A stretch of DNA of 63,917 nucleotides, the filler included, from Trichomonas gallinae (taxonomy: Eukaryota), in assembly GCA_008369845.1 (NCBI GenBank). It is 5 parts of 5 records of this genome, joined end to end, with 100 filler letters (N's around TTAATTAATTAA, not from the genome) between each part and the next. Parts side by side here need not be neighbours in the genome. Positions count along the whole stretch, not along the records: positions 11,545 to 36,382 come from MRSU01001505.1; 4 more parts are not named here. One strand, written 5' to 3'. A program made the position numbers and the translations under genes. The notes below the pieces were generated by a model. That model searched no databases, had not been told where the DNA came from, and saw only the letters and a list, made by a program, of their open reading frames with translations. Positions 20,723 through 31,897 of this stretch are shown piece after piece (positions within the stretch are counted from its first letter, which is position 1; each line of letters opens with the position of its first letter).

Positions 20723-23700
20723 ATGCCTTTCTCATCTTGGTTTCGGAGTTTCATTATAGAGAAGGTCATTCCTACGATAACAGGCGGATACACTTATTAC
20801 AACAATCAGCCTCTGTTGATCTTCTGGATCCACACGCTGATTTTCGCTTGGAGTTTCTTACTTCCTTTGATTATTGTCAATGTTTCTGGCAATAACCCGC
20901 TATCTCTCATACACCCAATACTTACAATGCTAATTTGGTTCGTTATTAAGCTTATAAATTACCAAATTCATCAAGATTTCGACAATCAGCAGCAGGAAGT
21001 TAACGATTTTTCTCCACAAATTGTTCCAGTAACAGACCAAGACGAAGAACCTCCTTACGGAATCTCAAAATCTGTTTGGAGAATCAGAGATTATTTGACA
21101 GATTTTTCTAGAATCGATATCAACACTATTTTCTGCGAAGCAATACGCGAAGGATACCAAACAAATGAGCTATTTCACTTCTACAACTTATTCCAAAGTG
21201 GTCAGTTAAATGGATATTCGATGAATGTCAACAGAGAATCTCATAACGTCGAAATTCCGACAGAAATACACATATTAGGATGCAAATACATAGTAAAATG
21301 GTCAAGAAAAGACTTAGAAAGTTGGTTTGATCGACCTTTTAAATTAATTGATGTTGTTGTCTCTCCTTTGTTCGCAGCTGTGTGTGGTATTCTCTGTTTG
21401 CTCAATTCTAACTTCATTAATTCAGCAAGCAAAGCAATTTTCGTTTTTTCCACTGCAGCAGCTCAATATTCTTTACTTCTCGCTCCAAATCCAGACAGTT
21501 CGTCAACAACAGTACAAGATCCGTTCACTCCTTACTCAAGAGCTTTCCATCTCATTGCATTTCAATTAATTTTTTCGTTATTAACATATTTACAACAAGT
21601 TGAGTGGCTGGCATCAGCCTCACTCGATGTGTTCAATGCACAGCTATCAATGAATAGCATCATAGAATTCACAGCTGCAGTTTTCAAATATATCGTCGTA
21701 TTATTCCCAATTTTTAATATGTTAGGAATGATTGGCAGTTTGAAAGATTCATGGTTCGATGTATTCGAAACATTGCATTCAGTGTTTTTCGGAAAGAGCG
21801 GCTACATATCTTTCTACAGCGCAAATCTTGGATTTTTAATCGACACAGTTATTTTAGTTTTGTTGACGATTTTTCACACGTATTTCTACCATATATCATG
21901 GGCAAGATATATTGCAGAAGCCGCCAGTGCTTTCGTCGGTGTCTATTTCGCGTCAAGTAATCAGCTGCCTCTGATAACAAAAATACTAGGATTGGAAAGT
22001 CGCGATTATTTCCTAGGAGACTATAACGGGCCACTAAGAACAGCATGGATTGCTTTAGTCAAAGGTGCATGGGTTGGAATAGTCTTGTTTATTGTTCTCC
22101 TATTGTCGAGCGGTAATGTTTTCATACTATATTCAGTTTGCTCGATATTTTCGATCACTGCAATTGTCACCCATTCCATACTACCGAATCTGACTATGAA
22201 AAACCCATACGGAAAATTTTCTGCACCTTTCTTTCTGCCTGATAACCACTACAAGAAGTATATGAGAATTATGTCTCTAATAGAGCAGCTCCTTCTTTCA
22301 CCATTATGTATTGGTGCAGTTGTTTCTGTCTCGGAGTCAAAAAATTTCGGTTTAGCGCAATGGGCGGAATCAGCAGTAATGATCACGATGATCATTGGTC
22401 TTTCTTGCACAATATACAGAAATCCTGTCTTATTCGCTCTTAGTTATATGATCACGTCTATGGCTGGGCAAATATTCGATAATGCTTTGTTCCAGTTCAT
22501 GGTTTATTTTTTGATTCTGCAGAAAATATCAGAAATTCACAAGAAAATCGAATTTATTTTAGCTTATTCCAGTTTTCACGCTATGTCGCGAACAAGGCAA
22601 GTCTTTGTGCTTTTCACTATGCTCGCTAATATACAGTTAACAGCTTTCGGAGTTTTAGTTTCGGCGATTTTGAACTCTCCTATTATGCCTTTCAGCGGAT
22701 ATCCACTCTTTTTGCCAAGCTATCCACGGCCAAACGTTTTCTGGTTTGAGCCATGGAAATACGAACCTCAGCCAGGTGACGCTTTGTTTTATAAGGATAT
22801 ATCTGATTCATTGGCAGAGAAAATGGCGACAGACGCAGAACAAGGAATTTTCCCGTTCTTGAAGGAAAACAAATTCTTTTTGCTGTGCGATGATCATTTT
22901 AATGCTATCGTTCACGTGATATCATCAGGTGTTGGCTATGTAGCATTCCAATTACGAGGCCTAGAAGCAAGAGACCAAACATTATGTCACAGAAATGAAC
23001 TGCAAATAGTCAGATCGAGTCTTGAAAATGTAGATGAAATGAGAACATTTATGGCATCATCTCTTTTAACGAGATTCACTTCTCTCTTGTGGATACCCAT
23101 ATCAAAGCTTCTTAAGATACTTAAACTACCTGAAGCTTTGTCTCCCAAACAGAGAGCTTTCGTTGCAAGTTGCTGCTGGAGAACTTTAAGGGACGATTAT
23201 ACCTTGGAGTCTTACGTTGTTTCATCTAACAGAGTTTCTCTTTGTTTCCCTGATAGAAATCATCAGGACTTGGTGCACTTAGAGCTCATCAGGTGCCTCG
23301 CTGTATCTCTGGATGAAAACAGCGGAGTTTGCGTGCCTTCTGATTTCCAGATAAACCTGCCACCGGAAAAAGAAAACGAAATTTTGAATTTCATTGACAA
23401 GGTCGGCAAAAACTCGGTGAAAAGAGAAATTCTCGCTGTTGCTCAAGTCATCATCGGCGAACTCAACAACATTCAAGGTGACTTCGACTGGAAACTGTTC
23501 AAATTATTCTCAAGCAACGAACTGAATTTGAACCAGGAAAGTTTGCTTTGGATTCCATCAGATATCATCCGCAAACTCGTCGACTGCTTCAGGGCAGCTG
23601 TGTCCATTGCTGTGCACAATGCTGCTGGAATTCTGCCCGATGACATTGACGAGCTTATCGAGATGATCCGCGAGAAAGTTAACGCAAGACATGTCCTGCC

Positions 23701-24046
23701 AGAAAATGACCCAGACTGGGCCGGCCTTATACAGAACAAAGAAGCAGAACTTGAGACAATGCGTCAGTACCAGGATGATGATGAGATGACAGTCAAGTAC
23801 ATGATGTTCACACGCCGCCCGAATCAGTTCAAGCTAATAGAAATAAACGGCGAACTTGTCCGCGGAATATGGGCCAGTGAAATAAACGAGACAGTGTTTT
23901 TGGAGTCAGCGGACAGAGAAAGGCCAAGCATCCAGTTCGATTCATTCCTTTTAAGAAATATTGTCGCACAGTCCGCAAACTCTCCTGTTGGATACCCGGA
24001 AATTATTTGTCCGATATCATTCAGTTACTCGGACTTCCTTAAATAA
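20723..24046 (+). CDS. Pecanex-like multipass membrane protein
   Basis: Many TM helices, then SYPRP..FW, FQLRGLE...TLCH..E, and VRGIWA...E.VFL...RERPSIQ...LLRNI...PVGYP, which resemble the pecanex C-terminal domain. Confidence 0.88.
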   Translation: MPFSSWFRSFIIEKVIPTITGGYTYYNNQPLLIFWIHTLIFAWSFLLPLIIVNVSGNNPLSLIHPILTMLIWFVIKLINYQIHQDFDNQQQEVNDFSPQIVPVTDQDEEPPYGISKSVWRIRDYLTDFSRIDINTIFCEAIREGYQTNELFHFYNLFQSGQLNGYSMNVNRESHNVEIPTEIHILGCKYIVKWSRKDLESWFDRPFKLIDVVVSPLFAAVCGILCLLNSNFINSASKAIFVFSTAAAQYSLLLAPNPDSSSTTVQDPFTPYSRAFHLIAFQLIFSLLTYLQQVEWLASASLDVFNAQLSMNSIIEFTAAVFKYIVVLFPIFNMLGMIGSLKDSWFDVFETLHSVFFGKSGYISFYSANLGFLIDTVILVLLTIFHTYFYHISWARYIAEAASAFVGVYFASSNQLPLITKILGLESRDYFLGDYNGPLRTAWIALVKGAWVGIVLFIVLLLSSGNVFILYSVCSIFSITAIVTHSILPNLTMKNPYGKFSAPFFLPDNHYKKYMRIMSLIEQLLLSPLCIGAVVSVSESKNFGLAQWAESAVMITMIIGLSCTIYRNPVLFALSYMITSMAGQIFDNALFQFMVYFLILQKISEIHKKIEFILAYSSFHAMSRTRQVFVLFTMLANIQLTAFGVLVSAILNSPIMPFSGYPLFLPSYPRPNVFWFEPWKYEPQPGDALFYKDISDSLAEKMATDAEQGIFPFLKENKFFLLCDDHFNAIVHVISSGVGYVAFQLRGLEARDQTLCHRNELQIVRSSLENVDEMRTFMASSLLTRFTSLLWIPISKLLKILKLPEALSPKQRAFVASCCWRTLRDDYTLESYVVSSNRVSLCFPDRNHQDLVHLELIRCLAVSLDENSGVCVPSDFQINLPPEKENEILNFIDKVGKNSVKREILAVAQVIIGELNNIQGDFDWKLFKLFSSNELNLNQESLLWIPSDIIRKLVDCFRAAVSIAVHNAAGILPDDIDELIEMIREKVNARHVLPENDPDWAGLIQNKEAELETMRQYQDDDEMTVKYMMFTRRPNQFKLIEINGELVRGIWASEINETVFLESADRERPSIQFDSFLLRNIVAQSANSPVGYPEIICPISFSYSDFLK

Positions 24047-24365
24047 ATTGTTTGATTTATAGAGTGTTCGAAAAAATTACATTTTTTTAATCACGAAATT
24101 TTTATTTAATCTTCACCTTCATTACCTATGAAATCTAGATAAATATAAAATTGATGATCATTGCTGATGCTTGCATTTATCTAACATATAATTCATGCAC
24201 AAAACATCAAATTTTAACATGTTAAAATTCCGGCCTTGTGTTACATGAAATGTAATGATAAAAATGATGAACAAGAAATAGATTCATATAACATAAAGAT
24301 ATTGGTGAGAAAAAAAGAAATGTTTTTTTGTAAAGAATCAGATTCTTTATTATAATATTTTAGTT

Positions 24366-25952
24366 CTACTTGCGCATCTGAACACCAGCCTTGAGAACTT
24401 CATCGACAAGAAGGAGCTGTGTAGCAATGAGTGGAGCGGACTGGAGCTGCTGTCTCTTGACGCAGTAGTTGTCCCAGATTCCCTTCTCCTTTGGATCGAG
24501 GAGTTCGCCTGTCTCGAGGTCTAAGCCCTTGATCTCGCCCTTGTCAGCAGCAGCCTGGAGAGCGACGAGGCAGTCGACAGCATCATGGCCGGCGTTCTGA
24601 GCGAGAACGCGTGGGATTTCGAGGAGGGCTTCAGCATAAGCCTCGATACCGAGTCTGTTCTTGCCAGAGACAGACTTCTTGAACTCGTGGAGGTGGGAGC
24701 AAAGGCAAGCTTCGAAGGCACCAGCACCAGCGATAGCGCAGCCGTCTTCAAGAGCGTTGTTGACAGCTCTGAGGCCATCTCTGACGGCATCCTGCATCTG
24801 CTTGAGTGTGTGGTTGTTTGGACCGCGCATTAAGATTGTGACGGAGCGTGGAGCCTTAACATCCTCGATGAATGTCCAGTGGTCTTCGCCGACGATTGTT
24901 TCGTAGACGTGGCCAGCCCAGCCGAGGCAGTCTGGCTCTAAGTTCTCGACGGAGTTCATCTGGCGGCCGCCGCAGGCGAGTGTGAGTCTTTCCATGTTCC
25001 TCAGCTTGGCACGGCGGACAGCGGAGATGCCAGCGCGCTGGAGCTTCTCGAGGGATGGAAGATCGATACCCTTCATGTTGGCGACGAGGAAATCTTCGCC
25101 ATTTGTGCAAACCTTGTTCTTGAGGTCGATGATCTTCTGGACCTTGGCATCGACGAACTTGCGCTCAGCCTCGGCCATCTTTTCGCGCATATCAGCAGCG
25201 TTGGAAGCGAATTGTGTGTTGACTTCTGTATTTTCGAATTCGAGAGAGACGTTGCATGTAAGAATGTAAACGTTGTGCATGTCGCGCTTCATGGATGGGT
25301 GGCGGAAGCCGTGATCGAGAACTAAGCCACGAATCAGAGCTGTATCTGAAGCAAGCTTTGACATCATTGTGAGCTGCTCAACCATGAAGAGGTTGACCTT
25401 CTCGCCGTCGCGCTTGATAGCGAGGACAGCGTCTGTAACGATCTGTGTGAGTTGGTCAACGAGCTCTGGTGGGAGTTTTGTGCAGAGGGATGTGCGGGCG
25501 ATGTTGAGGAGGAAGTCGCGATCGATCTTTGGTGCTGACTTGTACTTCTCGATGAATTTGAGTGCCTCATCACGAGCAGCCTCTAAACCTGTTGTAAGAA
25601 CGCGTGGGTGAACACCTTCAGCAAGGCGGCGCTCGCATTGCTTGAGGATAGCATCGATCAAAATGATTGTGGATGTTGTGCCATCGCCAGTATTTTCATC
25701 CTGAGCAGCAGCAGCACGAGAAATCATGATAGCTGTTGGGTGGATGATTGTAAGGTTCTTGAGGAGAACAGTGCCGTCCTTTGTGAGCTGAACGTCGCCA
25801 GCGCCGCCGACGAGCATCTTCAATGTGCCCGCTGGACCGAGATTCGTCTTGAGGATGTCGGCAAGTGAGTGGGACGCGTTCAGGTTCATGGAGAGAGCCT
25901 GGTTGTGGCGGTAAAGTTCTGCCTGTGAGTTGAGCTGGGAAACTGCAGCCAT
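24366..25952 (-). CDS. CCT6: T-complex protein 1 subunit zeta
   Basis: KTNLGPAGTLKMLVGGAGDVQLTKDG, GDGTTS, GLVLDHG.RHP.M, DAVRDGLRAV, LLLVDEV. Confidence 0.98.
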   Translation of the reverse strand: MAAVSQLNSQAELYRHNQALSMNLNASHSLADILKTNLGPAGTLKMLVGGAGDVQLTKDGTVLLKNLTIIHPTAIMISRAAAAQDENTGDGTTSTIILIDAILKQCERRLAEGVHPRVLTTGLEAARDEALKFIEKYKSAPKIDRDFLLNIARTSLCTKLPPELVDQLTQIVTDAVLAIKRDGEKVNLFMVEQLTMMSKLASDTALIRGLVLDHGFRHPSMKRDMHNVYILTCNVSLEFENTEVNTQFASNAADMREKMAEAERKFVDAKVQKIIDLKNKVCTNGEDFLVANMKGIDLPSLEKLQRAGISAVRRAKLRNMERLTLACGGRQMNSVENLEPDCLGWAGHVYETIVGEDHWTFIEDVKAPRSVTILMRGPNNHTLKQMQDAVRDGLRAVNNALEDGCAIAGAGAFEACLCSHLHEFKKSVSGKNRLGIEAYAEALLEIPRVLAQNAGHDAVDCLVALQAAADKGEIKGLDLETGELLDPKEKGIWDNYCVKRQQLQSAPLIATQLLLVDEVLKAGVQMRK

Positions 25953-26549
25953 GTTTTTTACTAAATAGTCAGAATGAGCCGTTTATTAATTTCTCATTTT
26001 TCTTTTTAATATAATATTTGATATCTGTATCATATGGAAATTTGTATTTCATCGAAAAATCCGCCCGACCACATAAATTTTTTGATTTTTGAAAAACGAA
26101 TGACCATTGTCTGTTTTTGCGATTATTGGTATTTTTATGTGATATTTATTCTATTTTTAGTGTTATTTTTGATTTGTGAAATGAAATTTCAAAAACAAAT
26201 TATCTAAAAAAAAAAGAGTTTTTCATATTAATTTCTTGATTTTTTTATTATCTAATCAATATTTTCAAAAAGTAAAAATTAGAATTGATTTAAAATTAGA
26301 TTTATTTTAGTTTGATAATTCTAAATTTATAAAAATCAAGTTTATTTCGATATTTCATGAATATATAATGAAAAATATCAAATTCTAATATATTAAATAC
26401 AATTATTTTGAAAATATTAATCTAAATTTAGTGATGTTGGGCGCTGTAATTAAGTTGTTGAGATTTTAGAAAGAAGATATAAATATTGACATGTAAATAT
26501 TAAATCTGTCATGTAAAATAAAGACGTTAACTCAGAAAATTTTGAATTA

Positions 26550-26557
26550 AAAGTGAC
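26550..26557 (+). promoter_or_regulatory. M2-like motif AAAGTGAC
   Basis: About 20 nt upstream of ATG 26577. The same motif lies on the minus strand at 49882-49889, just before ATG 49866. Confidence 0.55.
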
Positions 26558-26576
26558 ATATATATAGAAAAATAAA

Positions 26577-28274
26577 ATGAGCATATTTCGGCGGAATTCG
26601 ATTCTCGATAATGGCTTTTTGCATTCGCGAAATTCCGGTTCTCTCGGGGATCTCAAGTCCGCACAAAACAGAGATGCAACACCACCAGATAGTCCGAATA
26701 GAAACGCAAACCACGAACAAAGTTCAATAAATCGCTCCAGCTCTGTTTCTACTAATCTACAAGTTCGCCCAGGCACAGCTTTCGGCGGCTCTCGCTTATT
26801 AGCTAATTTAAACAGAGATAGTGATTTTAATTCTCATTTTAACAGAGACAATCTTTCGAAAACAGGAGAAACACCTCGAAGAATCGAAGGAAGACCACCA
26901 CCAATACCTAGACCAAACGTTACAGCGAATAGAGACCAATTTGAATATCAAAATCCGCCCCCAGAAAATAATCCACCTCCGCCAATAGACACAACACCAT
27001 CTGAAGAGATCAATGGTGTAAAAATTACAGTCCAAAACGCTGAAAATCAAAGGCCTCAATCAGCAAGATTATTAACAGGCAGTATTTTCTCTCAAAACAA
27101 CGACCAACCAAATAACCTCAACAACAGACCTCAATCAGCGCGTTTTCTTCCTAAACCATCCGATAATGATTCTTTATTTTCTCAATCACAACCAGTAGAA
27201 CCGACAAATGTGAAAGGAGACATAATTTTTCCGAAACTACAAACAGATTCGAATCCAGTGCCAAAAGACGTGCCTCCGCCTATAGATGTCTTGCATAATA
27301 CAAATACTTATTCTTCCGATAGTTACGCTTATACACCTAGTGCACCAGTAAGTCCACAGCTAGAGGCAGCGAAAAGGCTCAGTAAAACAGAGAAAAAGCT
27401 AATTGAACAGATAAATCGATCTTTAAACAACTTCAAGCAGTCATTTTCACGAGAATTAAACAAATCTTTTCGCAACGACTACTTTACATCAACACAAGAA
27501 CTCGATCAGTTCAAAAATGAACTTATAAATGAAACTCAAGATATTTTGAAGTCAATTGATTTGTATTCTGTAGATTCTATATCAATTTCGAATAAAATTG
27601 GATTTACACTAGATGATGGTGCTAAAAATATCTCCGCAATCCTATCAGATAACGAAATGCAACAAAAAGCTAAATTCGAAACCAAAAAAGACCTTTTATC
27701 AGACTACAATCGCTCTCTAAATGAACTTTGCAAATCATATAATGACAACACGAAGTTAATCATCAATAAATTAAATACAGCTTTGAATCAAATTTCTCAA
27801 GAAAAAGACAAAATCGTGTTTAAGAAACAAGAAATTACCAGAAGGCAGCGTTCAATTAAGCTCAAATACTCTGATTTAGAAAACACAGCTGCTAGACAGA
27901 AAATGGAAATGGAAAATGCACAAAGGACTGCTGAACAGGTTCAAATAGCAATGGAAAGCATTACTGAGTCCGAGGATAACATAAGTTCAGCAGATGTTTA
28001 TAAGGCTATCGATCAGGAAGTTGAACAAATCATGAATTTGCTGGATGTCGAAGATTCTTCGGATATTCAGGATGTAGCGAAGAGGGTATCAGAGAATATG
28101 GCCGAAATTAACTCTGGCTTGCTTGCAGACTTTAATGATATAAATGATGCTGAAATAATGGCAGCACAATCAATAAGATCTTTTCTTTATCAAAAGACGA
28201 GACAGATGCCAATGATTAGTTTCATGAATGAAGAAACGCCAACCAAATCCATTGGAAAATCAAATCGTCAATAA
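26577..28274 (+). CDS. Hypothetical protein: low-complexity N-terminus, coiled-coil C-terminus
   Basis: 565-aa ORF; Pro/Asn/Ser-rich half with two RPQSAR motifs; heptad-rich second half. Confidence 0.85.
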   Translation: MSIFRRNSILDNGFLHSRNSGSLGDLKSAQNRDATPPDSPNRNANHEQSSINRSSSVSTNLQVRPGTAFGGSRLLANLNRDSDFNSHFNRDNLSKTGETPRRIEGRPPPIPRPNVTANRDQFEYQNPPPENNPPPPIDTTPSEEINGVKITVQNAENQRPQSARLLTGSIFSQNNDQPNNLNNRPQSARFLPKPSDNDSLFSQSQPVEPTNVKGDIIFPKLQTDSNPVPKDVPPPIDVLHNTNTYSSDSYAYTPSAPVSPQLEAAKRLSKTEKKLIEQINRSLNNFKQSFSRELNKSFRNDYFTSTQELDQFKNELINETQDILKSIDLYSVDSISISNKIGFTLDDGAKNISAILSDNEMQQKAKFETKKDLLSDYNRSLNELCKSYNDNTKLIINKLNTALNQISQEKDKIVFKKQEITRRQRSIKLKYSDLENTAARQKMEMENAQRTAEQVQIAMESITESEDNISSADVYKAIDQEVEQIMNLLDVEDSSDIQDVAKRVSENMAEINSGLLADFNDINDAEIMAAQSIRSFLYQKTRQMPMISFMNEETPTKSIGKSNRQ

Positions 28275-28287
28275 ATTATTATATTAT

Positions 28288-28520
28288 TTTATTGTTTGTT
28301 TGTAAATATTAATATGTTTTTATTATTTTGATACAAAATCTTCTAGAAAAGAACATGTCAGTCAATTAAATACTAAAAACACTTTATTTATTTAAATATT
28401 CTTAAAATTTATTTTTTGCTCGTAAATATTAATTTGTTTTTATTTAATTCATGCAAAATCTTCTAGAATATAACATATCAATTAATCGGATCCCAAAAGC
28501 AGTTAATTTATTTCTAATAT
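28288..28520. repeat. Degenerate tandem repeat, period 120 nt
   Basis: GTAAATATTAAT.TGTTTTTATT...CAAAATCTTCTAGAA at about 28302 and 28422. Confidence 0.75.
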
Positions 28521-28811
28521 TTTTATTTTTTGCAAAAATGTTATTTCTTTTTATTGTTGAATTGAGTGATAATAAGATTATCTATTAATCATAATAACTA
28601 AATCTATGCAATACGGAATGTAAAATTTGATAAACGTTCTTGAATTATGAGTCATACATATTTAATAGATAGAGATAATACAAACAATAATATGAGAGTT
28701 AACAAAGCTCTTTTGATGAATATTCATTGAATCAAAAATGCATCAAAAGAAACAGAAAAACAAAAGGATATCGTGTGCCATGATATCTGCAATACAAATA
28801 ATTGATTTTTT

Positions 28812-29294
28812 TCATTTCTTGAAATATTTTTTCGTTGTTCTTTTGAGTACTAGGTTATTTGAATAGTGCCTTCCTATTGGAATGTCATTTTTGCGTAGAG
28901 GCATAACACTTTTATCGATTGGTTTTGTTTCTGGCTGATTCTCGAATTCTTCAAACGGATCTTTTTGACGATCGAGTTCGATTTTGATTGTCCTTTCTTT
29001 GAGTGTTGGGTGAACGTCAAGAGCGCTTCGTGAAGTTATGCGTGGTTTTGGTGGAATCACTGCATTTTTCGACATTTTCGTAATTGCGCGATTCCATGTC
29101 GACATTATCTGTTTCTTTGTGACTTCTGTGTTTTTGATATCTCTTTTAGTTCGTAACGGAGTTTCTGTACGAGGCAAAGTGAAATTATCCTCAACCTGAG
29201 TTGATCTGCTATCAATAGGCGTCCTCAGGAAGTCATCAATTGCCTGGTCTTTAACAGGATCAACTTTATACATAAAAAAGTTCATAGTATCCAT
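28812..29294 (-). CDS. Hypothetical basic protein
   Basis: ORF with coding-like composition from MDTMNFFMYK (29294). The upstream in-frame part is AT-rich and carries promoter-like motifs. Confidence 0.7.
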   Translation of the reverse strand: MDTMNFFMYKVDPVKDQAIDDFLRTPIDSRSTQVEDNFTLPRTETPLRTKRDIKNTEVTKKQIMSTWNRAITKMSKNAVIPPKPRITSRSALDVHPTLKERTIKIELDRQKDPFEEFENQPETKPIDKSVMPLRKNDIPIGRHYSNNLVLKRTTKKYFKK

Positions 29295-29750
29295 TTTATT
29301 AATTTTTGACAAAAAATTTTGTAAATCACATACGTTAGTTAAAATTTCTGCCATTTGTCAGAAACATTTTACATGACAAAACATATAGTTGTATATTATT
29401 CTTTCATATGTTAAAGCCAATACACATTCCATATAAATTATATATCATTTTATTGTAGTGATTGCTAGAAATACAGGGTATTGGTTACTTATTCGTCCCT
29501 AAGTTGCTGTGGTTTTGTATAGTTGAGTGTGATGAGATCTCATTGAAGAAATCAATGTCTACTTCGTTATTTTACAATTCCATCATCGTGTATATACGGT
29601 AATTTATCTTCATAAATTGCGAGAAATTTAAAAACGTTGGCATTTTTTCTATTAAAAGATTAGGAATTGATGTAATTTCCCCACATGCTGTTATATTCTT
29701 ATATAGAAACTAAAAAAATGCAAATAAAAAGAAACAAATATTATTTTAAA

Positions 29751-30323
29751 TTAACAACAACCAGAGTTTGAAGCATCACTATTTTTACGCTTTAGATCCT
29801 TGTTTTCCAATGATTCAAGCTTTTCTCGTACTTCAAAACATTTTTGTAAAATTGATCTGAATGATTCCGGGATATTTTCGCCTGTAACTGCACTGCATTC
29901 CGCATACTCGAATCTATTAGTTATGCAGAACTCGTGGGCTTCTTCTTCAGTAACTTGTCTTTCTTCTTTAAGATCGCTCTTATTTCCTAGAACTAATATG
30001 GGTATATCTTCCTGAAGAAGGTCTTGCCACTCTAAAATCGACTGGAAAGAGTTTTTATTTGTTATATCATACATAATTACAGCGCCAAAAGCATTTCTGC
30101 CATAAATTGGCGCCATAGATCTGAATAACTCTGATCCAGCGGTATCCCATATCTGTATTTTTTCTTTTTTGCCTTTAAATGAATAATTATATTCAGTATA
30201 AGCAGCACCAATTGTAGGCGAAATATCTTCGGAGAATGTATTTTCTGTCAGTCTCCTAACGTATGCGGTTTTTCCGACACCTGCATCACCAAGCATCACA
30301 ATCTTGTTCCTGGGAGCCTGCAT
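29751..30323 (-). CDS. Rab-family small GTPase (divergent)
   Basis: GDAGVGKT, PTIGA, WDTAGSE, GNKSD, ECSA and C-terminal GCC. Start MQAPRNK follows a TCATT initiator. Confidence 0.95.
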   Translation of the reverse strand: MQAPRNKIVMLGDAGVGKTAYVRRLTENTFSEDISPTIGAAYTEYNYSFKGKKEKIQIWDTAGSELFRSMAPIYGRNAFGAVIMYDITNKNSFQSILEWQDLLQEDIPILVLGNKSDLKEERQVTEEEAHEFCITNRFEYAECSAVTGENIPESFRSILQKCFEVREKLESLENKDLKRKNSDASNSGCC

Positions 30324-30822
30324 TTTTGATTTTTTGAGCAAAATTGAAAATGAAATATTATCGCAAAGTCTTAAAATATGGCTGTGTAATGAAATGATCA
30401 GACTTCTACCGAAACTAAAAGTGACATCATTGTAAATTTTGAATAGTTTTGAGCTTTTTGACATGTAATGTAACTTTTGGCAAATATTTTTTGCTTGAAA
30501 TCATTGAAAATTTTGAATAGTTTTGAACTTCTGACATGTAAATTTTGTAATGACAAAATAATTTCTCTCATATTATATTCTATCTTTTGAACTTAATTTC
30601 AATGAATTTGTTAACAGGAAAACAAATAAGCAAAATAAAAAACCTAAAATGGATATCAACTATTGATAGTGGTTTTACTCTGCTAAATACAGGGAGTTGA
30701 ATGGATGCTAAGAGCCTCAATTTGAAGAGCTATAGCTAGAATTCAATGAACTTTGCTGTGAAAGATTTAATAAATCAAATTTTTAAACGTACAGTTTTTA
30801 CATCACATGTCAGCATTATTTT

Positions 30823-31845
30823 ATGGCGCGATATGTGTCTAGTCTTGATGCAGCTGAAGAAACATTCAACGAAATTATGTTTTTAAAGGGACAAACTCCT
30901 GGAACGTCATCGAAAGTTAGACCTTTCTTTGCAACAAAAGTAATTCGCGATTCGACAAAACATTTTTTAGCTGATCCAATAATGATACAGTTAGATGCGC
31001 CGTGCATTGTGGTTGGAGGAATATATGGAGACTTATATGACCTTTTAGTCATTTTTGAGACATATGGATATCCACCAACCAGAAAATACATATTTTTAGG
31101 CGATATTATTGGATCATTCCCACAAAGTCCAGAGACAGTAATCCTCCTATGCAGTCTAAAAATACAATATCCAACATATTTATACGTTTTAAGAGGATAT
31201 CATGAAATGCGCGACATCAACAAGAATTCTACGTTTTGTACGGAATCAGTTAACCGTTTTGGACAAGAATTTTACGATGCTTGCAATGAATTATTCGATA
31301 ATTTACCTTTATTATGCCAAATATCTGAGAAAATGTTGTGCGTTTCTGCCGGTGTCCCTTCTGATGTGACGTATCTCGACTCATTCGCAAGTTTAACAAG
31401 ACCTTTGGATCCATCTAAGAACTCTTTCGTTAAAGGAATGTTAAATCTTTTGCCTGAAGTCACAATCAACGAATGGGAAGTCAATAAAAAGGTAACAAAT
31501 CCACTGATGAAATTAGATTTCATCCATGAATTTACAGAACGCAATAATTTAGAAGTTATTATTCGATCCCATAATATAGTGAATGGTGGATACGAATTTC
31601 CATTCGAAAATGATCCAAAACTCCTGACAATATCTACGAAACCATCCTATAACTTCAAAACGACAGATCCAATCGCGCCTGAAAAATGCGGTGTTATTCT
31701 TGAGATAGAAACGTCATTGAAGACTGTATTCAGGATAGTGCATCCACTTCCATATGAATACAAAGAATATTACATGACAAAAGCTCAAAGAGCAAAACTC
31801 AGAAAGATGGAACACGACATCTTGAGAACATTGATTCACAAATAA
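30823..31845 (+). CDS. PPP-family Ser/Thr phosphatase-like protein, probably inactive
   Basis: PP1-like layout (GYPP..KYIFLGD, IIRSH, GYEF) with degenerate signatures GGIYG, GDIIGS, RGYHE and VSAG. Confidence 0.88.
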   Translation: MARYVSSLDAAEETFNEIMFLKGQTPGTSSKVRPFFATKVIRDSTKHFLADPIMIQLDAPCIVVGGIYGDLYDLLVIFETYGYPPTRKYIFLGDIIGSFPQSPETVILLCSLKIQYPTYLYVLRGYHEMRDINKNSTFCTESVNRFGQEFYDACNELFDNLPLLCQISEKMLCVSAGVPSDVTYLDSFASLTRPLDPSKNSFVKGMLNLLPEVTINEWEVNKKVTNPLMKLDFIHEFTERNNLEVIIRSHNIVNGGYEFPFENDPKLLTISTKPSYNFKTTDPIAPEKCGVILEIETSLKTVFRIVHPLPYEYKEYYMTKAQRAKLRKMEHDILRTLIHK

Positions 31846-31897
31846 ATATATATTCTAGCATATCGTCATTCTAATAATAGATTATCATCATGTTCGT

